A stretch of 23,188 nt of DNA from a virus. Taxonomy: Duplodnaviria; Heunggongvirae; Uroviricota; Caudoviricetes. The position numbers and the translations under genes were made by a program. The notes under the pieces were generated by a model, which worked only from the letters and a program-made list of their open reading frames with translations, had not been told where the DNA came from and made no database searches. Numbering within the stretch: position 1 is the first letter of the stretch; each line of letters opens with the position of its first letter. This document shows, piece after piece, positions 13,225 through 22,604 of this stretch. The DNA lies in the IMG/VR virus record IMGVR_UViG_2728369607_000006, one strand, 5' to 3'.

Positions 13225-13922
13225 TGCAGGATATCCGGCAGGAAACACTGAATGAATGCACCCGTGCGGAGCAGTCGGCCAGCGTGGTGCTCTGGGAAAT
13301 CGACCTGACAGAGGTCGGTGGAGAACGTTATTTTTTCTGTAATGAGCAGAACGAAAAAGGTGAGCCGGTCACCTGGCAGGGGCGACAGTATCAGCCGTAT
13401 CCCATTCAGGGGAGCGGTTTTGAACTGAATGGCAAAGGCACCAGTACGCGCCCCACGCTGACGGTTTCTAACCTGTACGGTATGGTCACCGGGATGGCGG
13501 AAGATATGCAGAGTCTGGTCGGCGGAACGGTGGTCCGGCGTAAGGTTTACGCCCGTTTTCTGGATGCGGTGAACTTCGTCAACGGAAACAGTTACGCCGA
13601 TCCGGAGCAGGAGGTGATCAGCCGCTGGCGCATTGAGCAGTGCAGCGAACTGAGCGCGGTGAGTGCCTCCTTTGTACTGTCCACGCCGACGGAAACGGAT
13701 GGCGCTGTTTTTCCGGGACGTATCATGCTGGCCAACACCTGCACCTGGACCTATCGCGGTGACGAGTGCGGTTATAGCGGTCCGGCTGTCGCGGATGAAT
13801 ATGACCAGCCAACGTCCGATATCACGAAGGATAAATGCAGCAAATGCCTGAGCGGTTGTAAGTTCCGCAATAACGTCGGCAACTTTGGCGGCTTCCTTTC
13901 CATTAACAAACTTTCGCAGTAA
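13224..13922 (+). CDS. L: Tail tip protein gpL (Cys-rich C-terminus)
   Basis: 232 aa MQDIRQETLNECTRAEQSASVVLWEIDLTEVGG..., C-terminal CTWTYRGDECGYSG...CSKCLSGC cysteine cluster; lambda gpL. Confidence 0.9.
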   Translation: MQDIRQETLNECTRAEQSASVVLWEIDLTEVGGERYFFCNEQNEKGEPVTWQGRQYQPYPIQGSGFELNGKGTSTRPTLTVSNLYGMVTGMAEDMQSLVGGTVVRRKVYARFLDAVNFVNGNSYADPEQEVISRWRIEQCSELSAVSASFVLSTPTETDGAVFPGRIMLANTCTWTYRGDECGYSGPAVADEYDQPTSDITKDKCSKCLSGCKFRNNVGNFGGFLSINKLSQ

Positions 13923-13927
13923 ATCCC

Positions 13928-14671
13928 ATGACACAGACAGAATCAGCGATTCTGGCGCACGCCCGGCGATGTGCGCCAGCGGAGTCGTGCGGCTTCGTGG
14001 TAAGCACGCCGGAGGGGGAAAGATATTTTCCCTGCGTGAATATCTCCGGTGAGCCGGAGGCGTATTTCCGTATGTCGCCGGAAGACTGGCTGCAGGCAGA
14101 AATGCAGGGTGAGATTGTGGCGCTGGTCCACAGCCACCCCGGTGGTCTGCCCTGGCTGAGTGAGGCCGACCGGCGGCTGCAGGTGCAGAGTGATTTGCCG
14201 TGGTGGCTGGTCTGCCGGGGGACGATTCATAAGTTCCGCTGTGTGCCGCATCTCACCGGGCGGCGCTTTGAGCACGGTGTGACGGACTGTTACACACTGT
14301 TCCGGGATGCTTATCATCTGGCGGGGATTGAGATGCCGGACTTTTATCGTGAGGATGACTGGTGGCGTAACGGCCAGAATCTCTATCTGGATAATCTGGA
14401 GGCGACGGGGCTGTATCAGGTGCCGTTGTCAGCGGCACAGCCGGGCGATGTGCTGCTGTGCTGTTTTGGTTCATCAGTGCCGAATCACGCCGCAATTTAC
14501 TGCGGCGACGGCGAGCTGCTGCACCATATTCCTGAACAACTGAGCAAACGAGAGAGGTACACCGACAAATGGCAGCGACGCACACACTCCCTCTGGCGTC
14601 ACCGGGCATGGCGCGCATCTGCCTTTACGGGGATTTACAACGATTTGGTCGCCGCATCGACCTTCGTGTGA
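13928..14671 (+). CDS. K: Tail tip assembly protein gpK (JAB/MPN-like N-terminal domain plus NlpC/P60-like C-terminal domain)
   Basis: 247-aa ORF starting 6 bp after the L stop; contains a JAMM-like motif (E...VHSHPGGLPWLSEAD) and a C-terminal Cys/His-containing region. The C-terminal 199 aa (from MSPEDWLQAEM...) match the lambda reference gpK as recalled; overlaps I by 103 bp as in lambda. Confidence 0.85.
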   Translation: MTQTESAILAHARRCAPAESCGFVVSTPEGERYFPCVNISGEPEAYFRMSPEDWLQAEMQGEIVALVHSHPGGLPWLSEADRRLQVQSDLPWWLVCRGTIHKFRCVPHLTGRRFEHGVTDCYTLFRDAYHLAGIEMPDFYREDDWWRNGQNLYLDNLEATGLYQVPLSAAQPGDVLLCCFGSSVPNHAAIYCGDGELLHHIPEQLSKRERYTDKWQRRTHSLWRHRAWRASAFTGIYNDLVAASTFV

Positions 14672-15240
14672 AAACGGGGGCTGAAGCCATCCGGGCACTG
14701 GCCACACAGCTCCCGGCGTTTCGTCAGAAACTGAGCGACGGCTGGTATCAGGTACGGATTGCCGGGCGGGACGTCAGCACGTCCGGGTTAACGGCGCAGT
14801 TACATGAGACTCTGCCTGATGGCGCTGTGATTCATATTGTTCCCAGAGTCGCCGGGGCCAAGTCAGGTGGCGTATTCCAGATTGTCCTGGGGGCTGCCGC
14901 CATTGCCGGATCATTCTTTACCGCCGGAGCCACCCTTGCAGCATGGGGGGCAGCCATTGGGACCGGTGGTATGACCGGCATCCTGTTTTCTCTCGGTGCC
15001 AGTATGGTGCTCGGTGGTGTGGCGCAGATGCTGGCACCGAAAGCCAGAACTCCCCGTACACAGACAACGGATAACGGTAAGCAGAACACCTATTTCTCCT
15101 CACTGGATAACATGGTTGCCCAGGGCAATGTTCTGCCTGTTCTGTACGGGGAAATGCGCGTGGGGTCTCGCGTGGTTTCTCAGGAGATCAGCACGGCAGA
15201 CGAAGGGGACGGTGGTCAGGTTGTGGTGATTGGTCGCTGA
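14569..15240 (+). CDS. I: Tail tip assembly protein gpI (ubiquitin-like N-terminus, Gly/Ala-rich hydrophobic middle)
   Basis: 223 aa MAATHTLPLASPGMARICLYGDLQRFGRRIDLRV..., lambda gpI; start lies inside the 3' end of K in another frame. Confidence 0.9.
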   Translation: MAATHTLPLASPGMARICLYGDLQRFGRRIDLRVKTGAEAIRALATQLPAFRQKLSDGWYQVRIAGRDVSTSGLTAQLHETLPDGAVIHIVPRVAGAKSGGVFQIVLGAAAIAGSFFTAGATLAAWGAAIGTGGMTGILFSLGASMVLGGVAQMLAPKARTPRTQTTDNGKQNTYFSSLDNMVAQGNVLPVLYGEMRVGSRVVSQEISTADEGDGGQVVVIGR

Positions 15241-15258
15241 TGCAAAATGTTTTATGTG

Positions 15259-15280
15259 AAACCGCCTGCGGGCGGTTTTG
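15259..15280 (+). terminator. I-J intergenic hairpin (terminator-like)
   Basis: AAACCGCC-TGCG-GGCGGTTT stem-loop followed by TGTCATTT, just upstream of the J ribosome-binding site. Confidence 0.4.
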
Positions 15281-15300
15281 TCATTTATGGAGCGTGAGGA

Positions 15301-18300
15301 ATGGGTAAAGGCAGCAGTAAGGGGCATACCCCGCGCGAAGCGAAGGACAACCTGAAGTCCACGCAGCTGCTGAGTGTGATCGATGCCATCAGCGAAGGGC
15401 CGGTTGAAGGTCCGGTGGATGGATTAAAAAGCGTGCTGCTGAACAGTACGCCGGTGCTGGACACTGAGGGGAATACCAACATCTCCGGTGTCACGGTGGT
15501 GTTCCGTGCCGGTGAGCAGGAGCAGACACCGCCGGAGGGGTTTGAATCCTCCGGCTCCGAGACGGTGCTGGGTACGGAAGTGAAATATGACACGCCGATC
15601 ACCCGCACCATTACGTCTGCAAACATCGACCGTCTGCGCTTTACCTTCGGCGTGCAGGCACTGGTGGAAACCACCTCAAAGGGGGACCGGAATCCGTCGG
15701 AAGTCCGCCTGCTGGTTCAGATCCAGCGTAATGGTGGCTGGGTGACGGAAAAAGACATCACCATTAAGGGCAAAACCACCTCGCAGTATCTGGCCTCGGT
15801 GGTGGTGGGTAACCTGCCGCCGCGCCCGTTCAATATACGGATGCGCAGGATGACGCCGGACAGCACCACAGACCAGCTGCAGAACAAAACGCTCTGGTCG
15901 TCATACACCGAAATCATCGATGTGAAACAGTGCTACCCGAACACGGCACTGGTCGGCGTGCAGGTGGATTCGGAGCAGTTCGGCAGCCAGCAGGTGAGCC
16001 GTAATTATCATCTGCGCGGGCGCATTCTGCAGGTGCCGTCGAACTATAACCCGCAGACGCGGCAATACAGCGGTATCTGGGACGGAACGTTTAAGCCAGC
16101 ATACAGCAACAACATGGCCTGGTGTCTGTGGGATATGCTGACCCATCCGCGCTACGGCATGGGGAAACGTCTTGGTGCGGCGGATGTGGACAAATGGGCG
16201 CTGTATGTCATCGGCCAGCATTGCGATCAGTCGGTGCCGGACGGTTTTGGCGGCACGGAGCCGCGCATCACCTGTAATGCGTACCTGACCACACAGCGCA
16301 AGGCGTGGGATGTGCTCAGTGATTTCTGCTCTGCGATGCGCTGTATGCCGGTATGGAACGGGCAGACGCTGACGTTCGTGCAGGACCGACCGTCGGATAA
16401 GGTGTGGATCTATAACCGCAGTAATGTGGTGATGCCGGATGATGGTGCGCCGTTCCGCTACAGCTTCAGCGCCCTGAAGGACCGCCATAATGCCGTTGAG
16501 GTGAACTGGATTGACCCGAATAACGGCTGGGAGACGGCGACAGAGCTTGTGGAGGACACGCAGGCCATTGCCCGTTACGGTCGTAACGTCACGAAGATGG
16601 ATGCTTTTGGCTGTACCAGCCGGGGGCAGGCACACCGCGCCGGGCTGTGGCTGATTAAAACAGAACTGCTGGAAACGCAGACCGTGGACTTCAGCGTGGG
16701 TGCCGAAGGGCTTCGCCATGTACCGGGCGATGTCATTGAAATCTGCGATGATGACTATGCCGGTATCCGCACCGGCGGGCGCGTGCTGGCGGTAAACAGC
16801 CAGACCCGGACGCTGACGCTCGACCGTGAAATCACGCTGCCATCTTCCGGCACCACGCTGATAAGCCTGGTTGACGGGCAGGGGAGTCCGGTCAGCGTGG
16901 AGGTTCAGTCCGTCACCGACGGCGTGAAGGTGAAAGTGAGCCGTGTTCCTGACGGCGTTGCTGAATACAGCGTATGGGGGCTGAAGCTGCCGACGTTGCG
17001 CCAGCGCCTGTTCCGCTGCGTGAGTATCCGTGAGAACGACGACGGCACGTATGCCATCACCGCCGTGCAGCATGTACCGGAAAAAGAGGCCATCGTGGAT
17101 AACGGGGCGCACTTTGACGGCGACCAGAGCGGCACGGTAAATGGTGTCACGCCGCCAGCGGTGCAGCACCTGACCGCAGAAGTCACCGCAGACAGCGGGG
17201 AATACCAGGTGCTGGCGCGCTGGGACACGCCGAAGGTGGTGAAGGGCGTGAGCTTCCTGCTTCGCCTGACCGTGGCAGCGGATGACGGCCGTGAGCGGCT
17301 GGTCAGCACGGCCCGGACGACGGAAACCACTTACCGCTTCACACAACTGGCTCTGGGGAACTACAGGCTGACAGTCCGGGCAGTAAATGCGTGGGGGCAG
17401 CAGGGCGATCCGGCGTCGGTATCGTTCCGGATTGCCGCACCGGCAGCGCCGTCGCGGATTGAGCTGACGCCGGGCTATTTTCAGATAACCGCCACGCCGC
17501 ATCTTGCGGTTTATGACCCGACGGTACAGTTTGAGTTCTGGTTCTCGGAAAAACGGATTGCGGATATCAGGCAGGTTGAAACCAGCGCGCGTTATCTTGG
17601 TACGGCACTGTACTGGATAGCCGCCAGTATCAATATCAAACCGGGCCATGATTATTATTTTTACGTTCGCAGTGTGAACACCGTTGGCAAATCGGCATTC
17701 GTGGAGGCTGTCGGTCAGCCGAGTGATGATGCATCAGGCTATCTGGATTTTTTCAAAGGCGAGATAGGGAAAACCCATCTGGCTCAGGAGCTGTGGACGC
17801 AGATTGATAACGGTCAGCTTGCGCCTGACCTGACTGAAATCAGGACGTCCATAACGGATGTCAGCAATGAAATAACACAGACCGTCAATAAGAAACTGGA
17901 AGACCAGAGTGCAGCGATCCAGCAGATACAGAAGGTTCAGGTTGATACAAATAATAACCTGAACAGCATGTGGGCAGTGAAGCTGCAGCAGATGCAGGAC
18001 GGACGCCTTTATATCGCGGGTATCGGTGCCGGTATTGAGAACACCCCTGACGGCATGCAGAGTCAGGTGCTGCTGGCAGCAGACAGGATTGCGATGATTA
18101 ATCCTGCGAATGGCAACACAAAGCCGATGTTTGTTGGTCAGGGCGATCAGATATTCATGAATGAAGTGTTCCTGAAACGCCTGACGGCCCCCACCATTAC
18201 CAGCGGCGGTAATCCTCCGGCATTTTCCCTGACATCAGACGGGAGACTGACGGCGAAAAATGCGGATATCAGTGGCAGTGTGAATGCGAACTCAGGAACG

Positions 18301-18798
18301 CTCAACAATGTCACGATTAACCAGAACTGTACGATTAAGGGCATGCTGGAGGCGACCCAGGTCAGAGGAGATTTCGTTAAAGCTGTATCAAAAGCCTTCC
18401 CGAAAAAAGTCGGTACGTGGGGTAACACGGAAACACCAAACGGTACGGTTACAGTCACCATCAGCGATGATCATAACTTTGACCGCCAGATTATTATTCC
18501 GCCCATTATTTTTAACGGTATAGCGTATGACGATCCGGGGAGCGGAAATAACCCAGGAGGCACGCGATACACGGGTTATGGTTTTGAAGTTCGCAAAAAC
18601 GGCGTATTAATCGCATCCAGAGAAACTAAAGGGGCCATTCCCGGTAGTTACAGTGCAGTTATTGATATGCCGAGTGGCAGGGGAAGCGTCACTCTGGAGT
18701 TTAAGATTTTCCAGAAAGGCAATCAGGGGGCAGGCAATATCACCGACTGTACGGTGATTGTGACCAAAAAAGCCGCTTCCGGCATCAGTATTCGTTGA
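15301..18798 (+). CDS. J: Central tail fiber / host specificity protein gpJ
   Basis: 1165-aa [37 protein letters not shown]...; N-terminal ~1000 aa lambda-J-like, C-terminal ~150 aa divergent from lambda J as recalled (lambda J is 1132 aa); Shine-Dalgarno TGAGGA at 15295-15300. Confidence 0.93.
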   Translation: MGKGSSKGHTPREAKDNLKSTQLLSVIDAISEGPVEGPVDGLKSVLLNSTPVLDTEGNTNISGVTVVFRAGEQEQTPPEGFESSGSETVLGTEVKYDTPITRTITSANIDRLRFTFGVQALVETTSKGDRNPSEVRLLVQIQRNGGWVTEKDITIKGKTTSQYLASVVVGNLPPRPFNIRMRRMTPDSTTDQLQNKTLWSSYTEIIDVKQCYPNTALVGVQVDSEQFGSQQVSRNYHLRGRILQVPSNYNPQTRQYSGIWDGTFKPAYSNNMAWCLWDMLTHPRYGMGKRLGAADVDKWALYVIGQHCDQSVPDGFGGTEPRITCNAYLTTQRKAWDVLSDFCSAMRCMPVWNGQTLTFVQDRPSDKVWIYNRSNVVMPDDGAPFRYSFSALKDRHNAVEVNWIDPNNGWETATELVEDTQAIARYGRNVTKMDAFGCTSRGQAHRAGLWLIKTELLETQTVDFSVGAEGLRHVPGDVIEICDDDYAGIRTGGRVLAVNSQTRTLTLDREITLPSSGTTLISLVDGQGSPVSVEVQSVTDGVKVKVSRVPDGVAEYSVWGLKLPTLRQRLFRCVSIRENDDGTYAITAVQHVPEKEAIVDNGAHFDGDQSGTVNGVTPPAVQHLTAEVTADSGEYQVLARWDTPKVVKGVSFLLRLTVAADDGRERLVSTARTTETTYRFTQLALGNYRLTVRAVNAWGQQGDPASVSFRIAAPAAPSRIELTPGYFQITATPHLAVYDPTVQFEFWFSEKRIADIRQVETSARYLGTALYWIAASINIKPGHDYYFYVRSVNTVGKSAFVEAVGQPSDDASGYLDFFKGEIGKTHLAQELWTQIDNGQLAPDLTEIRTSITDVSNEITQTVNKKLEDQSAAIQQIQKVQVDTNNNLNSMWAVKLQQMQDGRLYIAGIGAGIENTPDGMQSQVLLAADRIAMINPANGNTKPMFVGQGDQIFMNEVFLKRLTAPTITSGGNPPAFSLTSDGRLTAKNADISGSVNANSGTLNNVTINQNCTIKGMLEATQVRGDFVKAVSKAFPKKVGTWGNTETPNGTVTVTISDDHNFDRQIIIPPIIFNGIAYDDPGSGNNPGGTRYTGYGFEVRKNGVLIASRETKGAIPGSYSAVIDMPSGRGSVTLEFKIFQKGNQGAGNITDCTVIVTKKAASGISIR

Positions 18799-18816
18799 AA
18801 TATTTATAACCCCAAT

Positions 18817-18848
18817 AAAGGGCGTCAGGAATGACGCCTTTTTTATTG
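18817..18848 (+). terminator. Rho-independent terminator downstream of J
   Basis: GGCGTCA-GGAA-TGACGCC 7-bp stem with flanking A/T extension, followed by TTTTTTATT. Confidence 0.6.
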
Positions 18849-18868
18849 CAGAAAAGCGAGAGGTAATT

Positions 18869-19468
18869 ATGCGTAAAGTTTGTGCAGCAATTTTGTCCGC
18901 AGCCATTTGTCTGGCCGTATCCGGTGCGCCTGCATGGGCGTCTGAACATCAGTCCACGCTGAGCGCGGGGTATCTTCATGCCTCGACGAACGTCCCCGGC
19001 AGTGATGATCTGAACGGGATTAACGTGAAATACCGTTATGAGTTTACGGACACACTGGGGCTGGTGACGTCATTCAGCTATGCAGGAGACAAGAATCGCC
19101 AGCTGACCCGTTACAGCGATACCCGCTGGCATGAAGATTCCGTTCGTAACCGCTGGTTCAGCGTAATGGCGGGGCCGTCTGTGCGCGTGAATGAATGGTT
19201 CAGCGCGTATGCGATGGCGGGTGTAGCTTACAGCCGTGTGTCGACTTTCTCCGGGGATTATATCCGCGTAACTGACAATAAGGGGAAAACGCACGATGTG
19301 CTGACCGGAAGTGATGACGGTCGCCACAGCAACACGTCTCTGGCGTGGGGGGCTGGCGTGCAGTTTAACCCGACCGAGTCCGTGGCCATTGATGTCGCTT
19401 ATGAAGGTTCCGGCAGTGGCGACTGGCGCACTGACGGTTTCATCGTGGGTGTCGGTTATAAATTCTGA
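18869..19468 (+). CDS. lom: Lom/Ail/PagC-family outer membrane beta-barrel protein (lysogenic-conversion moron)
   Basis: 199 aa with signal peptide MRKVCAAILSAAICLAVSGAPAWA; C-terminus AYEGSGSGDWRTDGFIVGVGYKF identical to lambda Lom and ends in aromatic F typical of outer-membrane beta-barrels; flanked by hairpin terminators on both sides; Shine-Dalgarno GAGAGG upstream. Confidence 0.85.
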   Translation: MRKVCAAILSAAICLAVSGAPAWASEHQSTLSAGYLHASTNVPGSDDLNGINVKYRYEFTDTLGLVTSFSYAGDKNRQLTRYSDTRWHEDSVRNRWFSVMAGPSVRVNEWFSAYAMAGVAYSRVSTFSGDYIRVTDNKGKTHDVLTGSDDGRHSNTSLAWGAGVQFNPTESVAIDVAYEGSGSGDWRTDGFIVGVGYKF

Positions 19469-19494
19469 TTAGCCAGGTAACACAGTGTTATGAC

Positions 19495-19522
19495 AGCCCG
19501 CCGGTTCAGGCGGGCTTTTTTG
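19495..19522 (+). terminator. Rho-independent terminator downstream of lom
   Basis: AGCCCGCC-GGTTCA-GGCGGGCT 8-bp GC-rich stem followed by TTTTTT, immediately before the stf ribosome-binding site. Confidence 0.6.
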
Positions 19523-19532
19523 TGGGGTGAAT

Positions 19533-22500
19533 ATGGCAGTAAAGATTTCAGGTGTACTGAAAGACGGCACAGGAAAACCGGTACAGAACTGCACAATCCA
19601 GCTGAAAGCAAAACGTAACAGCACCACGGTGGTGGTGAACACGCTGGCCTCAGAAAATCCGGATGAAGCCGGGCGTTACAGCATGGACGTTGAGTACGGG
19701 CAGTACAGCGTTATTCTGTTGGTGGAGGGATTCCCGCCGTCACATGCCGGGACCATCACCGTGTATGAAGATTCCCGACCCGGTACGCTGAATGATTTTC
19801 TCGGTGCCATGACGGAGGATGATGCCCGTCCTGAGGCACTGCGCCGTTTTGAACTGATGGTGGAAGAGGTGGCGCGTAACGCGTCCGCGGTGGCACAGAA
19901 CACGGCAGCCGCGAAGAAGTCAGCCAGCGATGCCAGCACATCAGCCCGTGAGGCGGCAACCCATGCGACTGATGCTGCAGGCTCAGCACGCGCAGCCAGC
20001 ACGTCAGCCGGACAGGCCGCGTCGTCGGCTCAGTCAGCGTCTTCCAGCGCAGGAACGGCATCAACAAAGGCCACTGAAGCGGAAAAAAGTGCTGCCGCTG
20101 CAGAGTCCTCAAAAAGCGCGGCGGCCACCAGTGCCGGTGCCGCGAAAACGTCAGAAACGAATGCTGCAGCGTCACAACAATCAGCAGCCACTTCTGCATC
20201 CACCGCGACTACGAAAGCGTCAGAAGCTGCCACCTCAGCCCGGGATGCGGCGGCTTCAAAAGAGGCGGCAAAATCATCAGAAACGAACGCATCCTCGAGC
20301 GCCAGTAGCGCAGCTTCCTCGGCAGCAGCGGCAGGAAATTCCGCGAAGGCGGCAAAAACGTCCGAGACGAACGCCAGGTCTTCTGAAACGGCAGCGGGAC
20401 AGAGCGCCTCGGCTGCGGCAGGCTCAAAAACAGCGGCTGCGTCGTCTGCCAGTGCAGCGTCAACAAGTGCCGGGCAGGCCTCAGCCAGTGCCACCGCCGC
20501 CGGAAAATCGGCAGAAAGCGCCGCATCGTCTGCTTCAACAGCCACAACGAAGGCTGGCGAAGCCACTGAACAGGCCAGCGCAGCAGCGAGGTCTGCTTCC
20601 GCAGCGAAGACATCCGAAACGAACGCGAAAGCGTCGGAAACCAGCGCAGAATCCTCAAAAACGGCTGCCGCATCGTCCGCCAGTTCGGCGGCGTCATCGG
20701 CCTCATCGGCGTCTGCTTCAAAAGATGAGGCGACCAGACAAGCGTCAGCAGCGAAGGGCAGCGCCACGACGGCATCCACGAAGGCAACAGAGGCTGCTGG
20801 CAGTGCGACGGCGGCAGCACAGAGCAAGAGTACGGCAGAATCCGCAGCAACGCGCGCCGAGACAGCAGCAAAACGGGCAGAGGATATTGCATCCGCTGTG
20901 GCGCTTGAGGATGCGAGCACGACGAAAAAGGGGATAGTACAGCTCAGTAGTGCGACTAACAGCACTTCCGAGTCACTGGCGGCAACACCAAAAGCCGTTA
21001 AGGCCGCGTATGACCTGGCTAACGGGAAATACACCGCACAGGATGCAACGACAGCACAGAAAGGGATAATCCAGCTAAGCAGCGCGACCAACAGCACGTC
21101 TGAAACGCTTGCCGCGACACCAAAGGCAGTAAAAACAGCCTATGACAATGCTGAGAAACGTCTGCAGAAAGATCAGAACGGTGCGGATATCCCTGGCAAA
21201 GACACCTTTACGAAAAATATTGGTGCCTGCCGTGCCTTTGGTGGGTCAGTAAGCACAATAACAGGAAACTGGACGACTGCACAGTTTATCGAGTGGCTGG
21301 ATTCTCAGGGAGCATTTAACCATCCCTACTGGATGTGCAAGGGTTCCTGGTCTTATGGCAATAATAAAATCATTACTGATACTGACTGCGGTAATATTCA
21401 TCTCGCCGGAGCTGTCATTGAAGTAATGGGGATAAAGTCAGCGATGACGATCCGCATTACCACACCGACCACCTCCACTGGTGGTGGAACAACTAACGCC
21501 CAGTTTACCTATATTAATCACGGAACAGATTATTCACCTGGCTGGCGAAGGGACTATAACTCCAGAAATAAGCCAACGGCATCAGAGATCGGGGCGTTAC
21601 CGTCAGGTGGAACAGCAGTATCATCAGTTAATCTGTCTTCAAAAGGTCGGGTAACCGCGCTGACAGACAATACGCAGGGGGCAACAGGTCTTGAGTTATA
21701 CGAGGTGTATAACAACGGATATCCAACAGCGTATGGAAATATCATTCACCTGAAAGGGATGACAGCCGTTGGCGAAGGTGAGTTACTCATCGGCTGGAGT
21801 GGTACAAGCGGTGCTCATGCTCCGGCATTTATTCGTTCACGACGGGATACGACCGACGCAAACTGGTCGCCGTGGGCGCAGCTTTACACCTCGGCTCATC
21901 CTCCTGCAGAGTTTTATCCAGTCGGTGCACCAATCCCGTGGCCATCAGATACCGTTCCGTCTGGCTATGCCCTGATGCAGGGGCAGACTTTTGACAAATC
22001 TGCATACCCGAAACTTGCAGCGGCTTATCCGTCAGGCGTGATCCCTGATATGCGTGGCTGGACGATTAAGGGCAAACCTACCAGTGGTCGGGCCGTATTG
22101 TCTCAGGAACAGGACGGCATTAAATCGCATACCCACAGCGCCAGCGCATCCAGTACGGATTTGGGGACGAAAACCACATCGTCGTTTGATTACGGCACTA
22201 AATCCACGAATAACACTGGTGCGCATACCCATAGTTTAAGTGGCAGCACGAATGCAGCTGGTAATCACAGCCATAGAGATGGCCGTCGATTTAACCCCAG
22301 TGTTTTTAAAGATACTTATCAATATGGTTATACAAGCTCAGGTCAAAATACCTGGGGTGTACAAGGCTCAGTAGGTATGTCTACGGGGTGGTTAGCGAAT
22401 ACCAGTACAGATGGTAATCATAGCCATTCACTGTCCGGCACAGCAGCATCTGCAGGTGCACACGCGCATACTGTCGGTATTGGTGCTCATACGCACTCCG

Positions 22501-22604
22501 TTGCGATTGGTTCACATGGACACACCATCACCGTTAACGCTGCTGGTAACGCGGAAAACACCGTCAAAAACATCGCATTTAACTATATTGTGAGGCTTGC
22601 ATAA
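19533..22604 (+). CDS. stf: Side tail fiber protein Stf (long variant with repeat tract and His-rich distal tip)
   Basis: ATG at 19533 ([27 protein letters not shown]...) matches the lambda Stf N-terminus; the ORF track starts 2 codons upstream at GTG 19527. C-terminus ...[19 protein letters not shown] matches lambda Stf. About 1023 aa versus 774 aa recalled for full-length lambda Stf; stop overlaps the tfa start (TAATG). Confidence 0.9.
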   Translation: MAVKISGVLKDGTGKPVQNCTIQLKAKRNSTTVVVNTLASENPDEAGRYSMDVEYGQYSVILLVEGFPPSHAGTITVYEDSRPGTLNDFLGAMTEDDARPEALRRFELMVEEVARNASAVAQNTAAAKKSASDASTSAREAATHATDAAGSARAASTSAGQAASSAQSASSSAGTASTKATEAEKSAAAAESSKSAAATSAGAAKTSETNAAASQQSAATSASTATTKASEAATSARDAAASKEAAKSSETNASSSASSAASSAAAAGNSAKAAKTSETNARSSETAAGQSASAAAGSKTAAASSASAASTSAGQASASATAAGKSAESAASSASTATTKAGEATEQASAAARSASAAKTSETNAKASETSAESSKTAAASSASSAASSASSASASKDEATRQASAAKGSATTASTKATEAAGSATAAAQSKSTAESAATRAETAAKRAEDIASAVALEDASTTKKGIVQLSSATNSTSESLAATPKAVKAAYDLANGKYTAQDATTAQKGIIQLSSATNSTSETLAATPKAVKTAYDNAEKRLQKDQNGADIPGKDTFTKNIGACRAFGGSVSTITGNWTTAQFIEWLDSQGAFNHPYWMCKGSWSYGNNKIITDTDCGNIHLAGAVIEVMGIKSAMTIRITTPTTSTGGGTTNAQFTYINHGTDYSPGWRRDYNSRNKPTASEIGALPSGGTAVSSVNLSSKGRVTALTDNTQGATGLELYEVYNNGYPTAYGNIIHLKGMTAVGEGELLIGWSGTSGAHAPAFIRSRRDTTDANWSPWAQLYTSAHPPAEFYPVGAPIPWPSDTVPSGYALMQGQTFDKSAYPKLAAAYPSGVIPDMRGWTIKGKPTSGRAVLSQEQDGIKSHTHSASASSTDLGTKTTSSFDYGTKSTNNTGAHTHSLSGSTNAAGNHSHRDGRRFNPSVFKDTYQYGYTSSGQNTWGVQGSVGMSTGWLANTSTDGNHSHSLSGTAASAGAHAHTVGIGAHTHSVAIGSHGHTITVNAAGNAENTVKNIAFNYIVRLA
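19890..20890 (+). repeat. Imperfect tandem repeat tract encoding the Ala/Ser/Thr-rich shaft of Stf
   Basis: Recurrent nucleotide motifs such as gcg/aaa-acg-tc(a/c)-ga(a/g)-acg-aa(c/t)-gc encoding AKTSETNA (at least 4 copies) and many SASAA/ASSAS variants; low-complexity GC-rich coding sequence. Boundaries approximate. Confidence 0.7.
20927..21143 (+). repeat. Two copies of an ~86-bp unit (period ~131 bp) encoding the phage fibre repeat KKGI(V/I)[11 protein letters not shown](S/T)LAATPKAVK(A/T)AYD
   Basis: Copy 1 at 20927-21012 and copy 2 at 21058-21143; the protein sequence is conserved while many synonymous positions differ (agtagtgcgact versus agcagcgcgacc). Confidence 0.75.

Noticed and set aside
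15901-17649. 582-aa antisense ORF entirely inside J
   Set aside because: Arg/Pro-rich low-complexity translation with no start context; it is the stop-poor reverse frame of a GC-rich, strongly coding sense gene and is fully explained by J.
18795-18868. A sigma70 promoter for lom in the J-lom spacer
   Set aside because: The candidate -35 TTGAAA has no acceptable -10 hexamer at 15-19 bp spacing, and the region is dominated by the terminator hairpin. I cannot support a promoter call from sequence alone.
20030-21097. 355-aa antisense ORF and the 335-aa alternative-frame ORF (19930-20937) inside the stf repeat tract
   Set aside because: Both are by-products of the Ala/Ser-rich repeat: GCN/TCN-rich sequence is open in several frames. 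The antisense product is poly-Ala/Asp and the +frame product is poly-Arg/Pro/Gln; neither has a ribosome-binding site or an independent conserved-looking domain.
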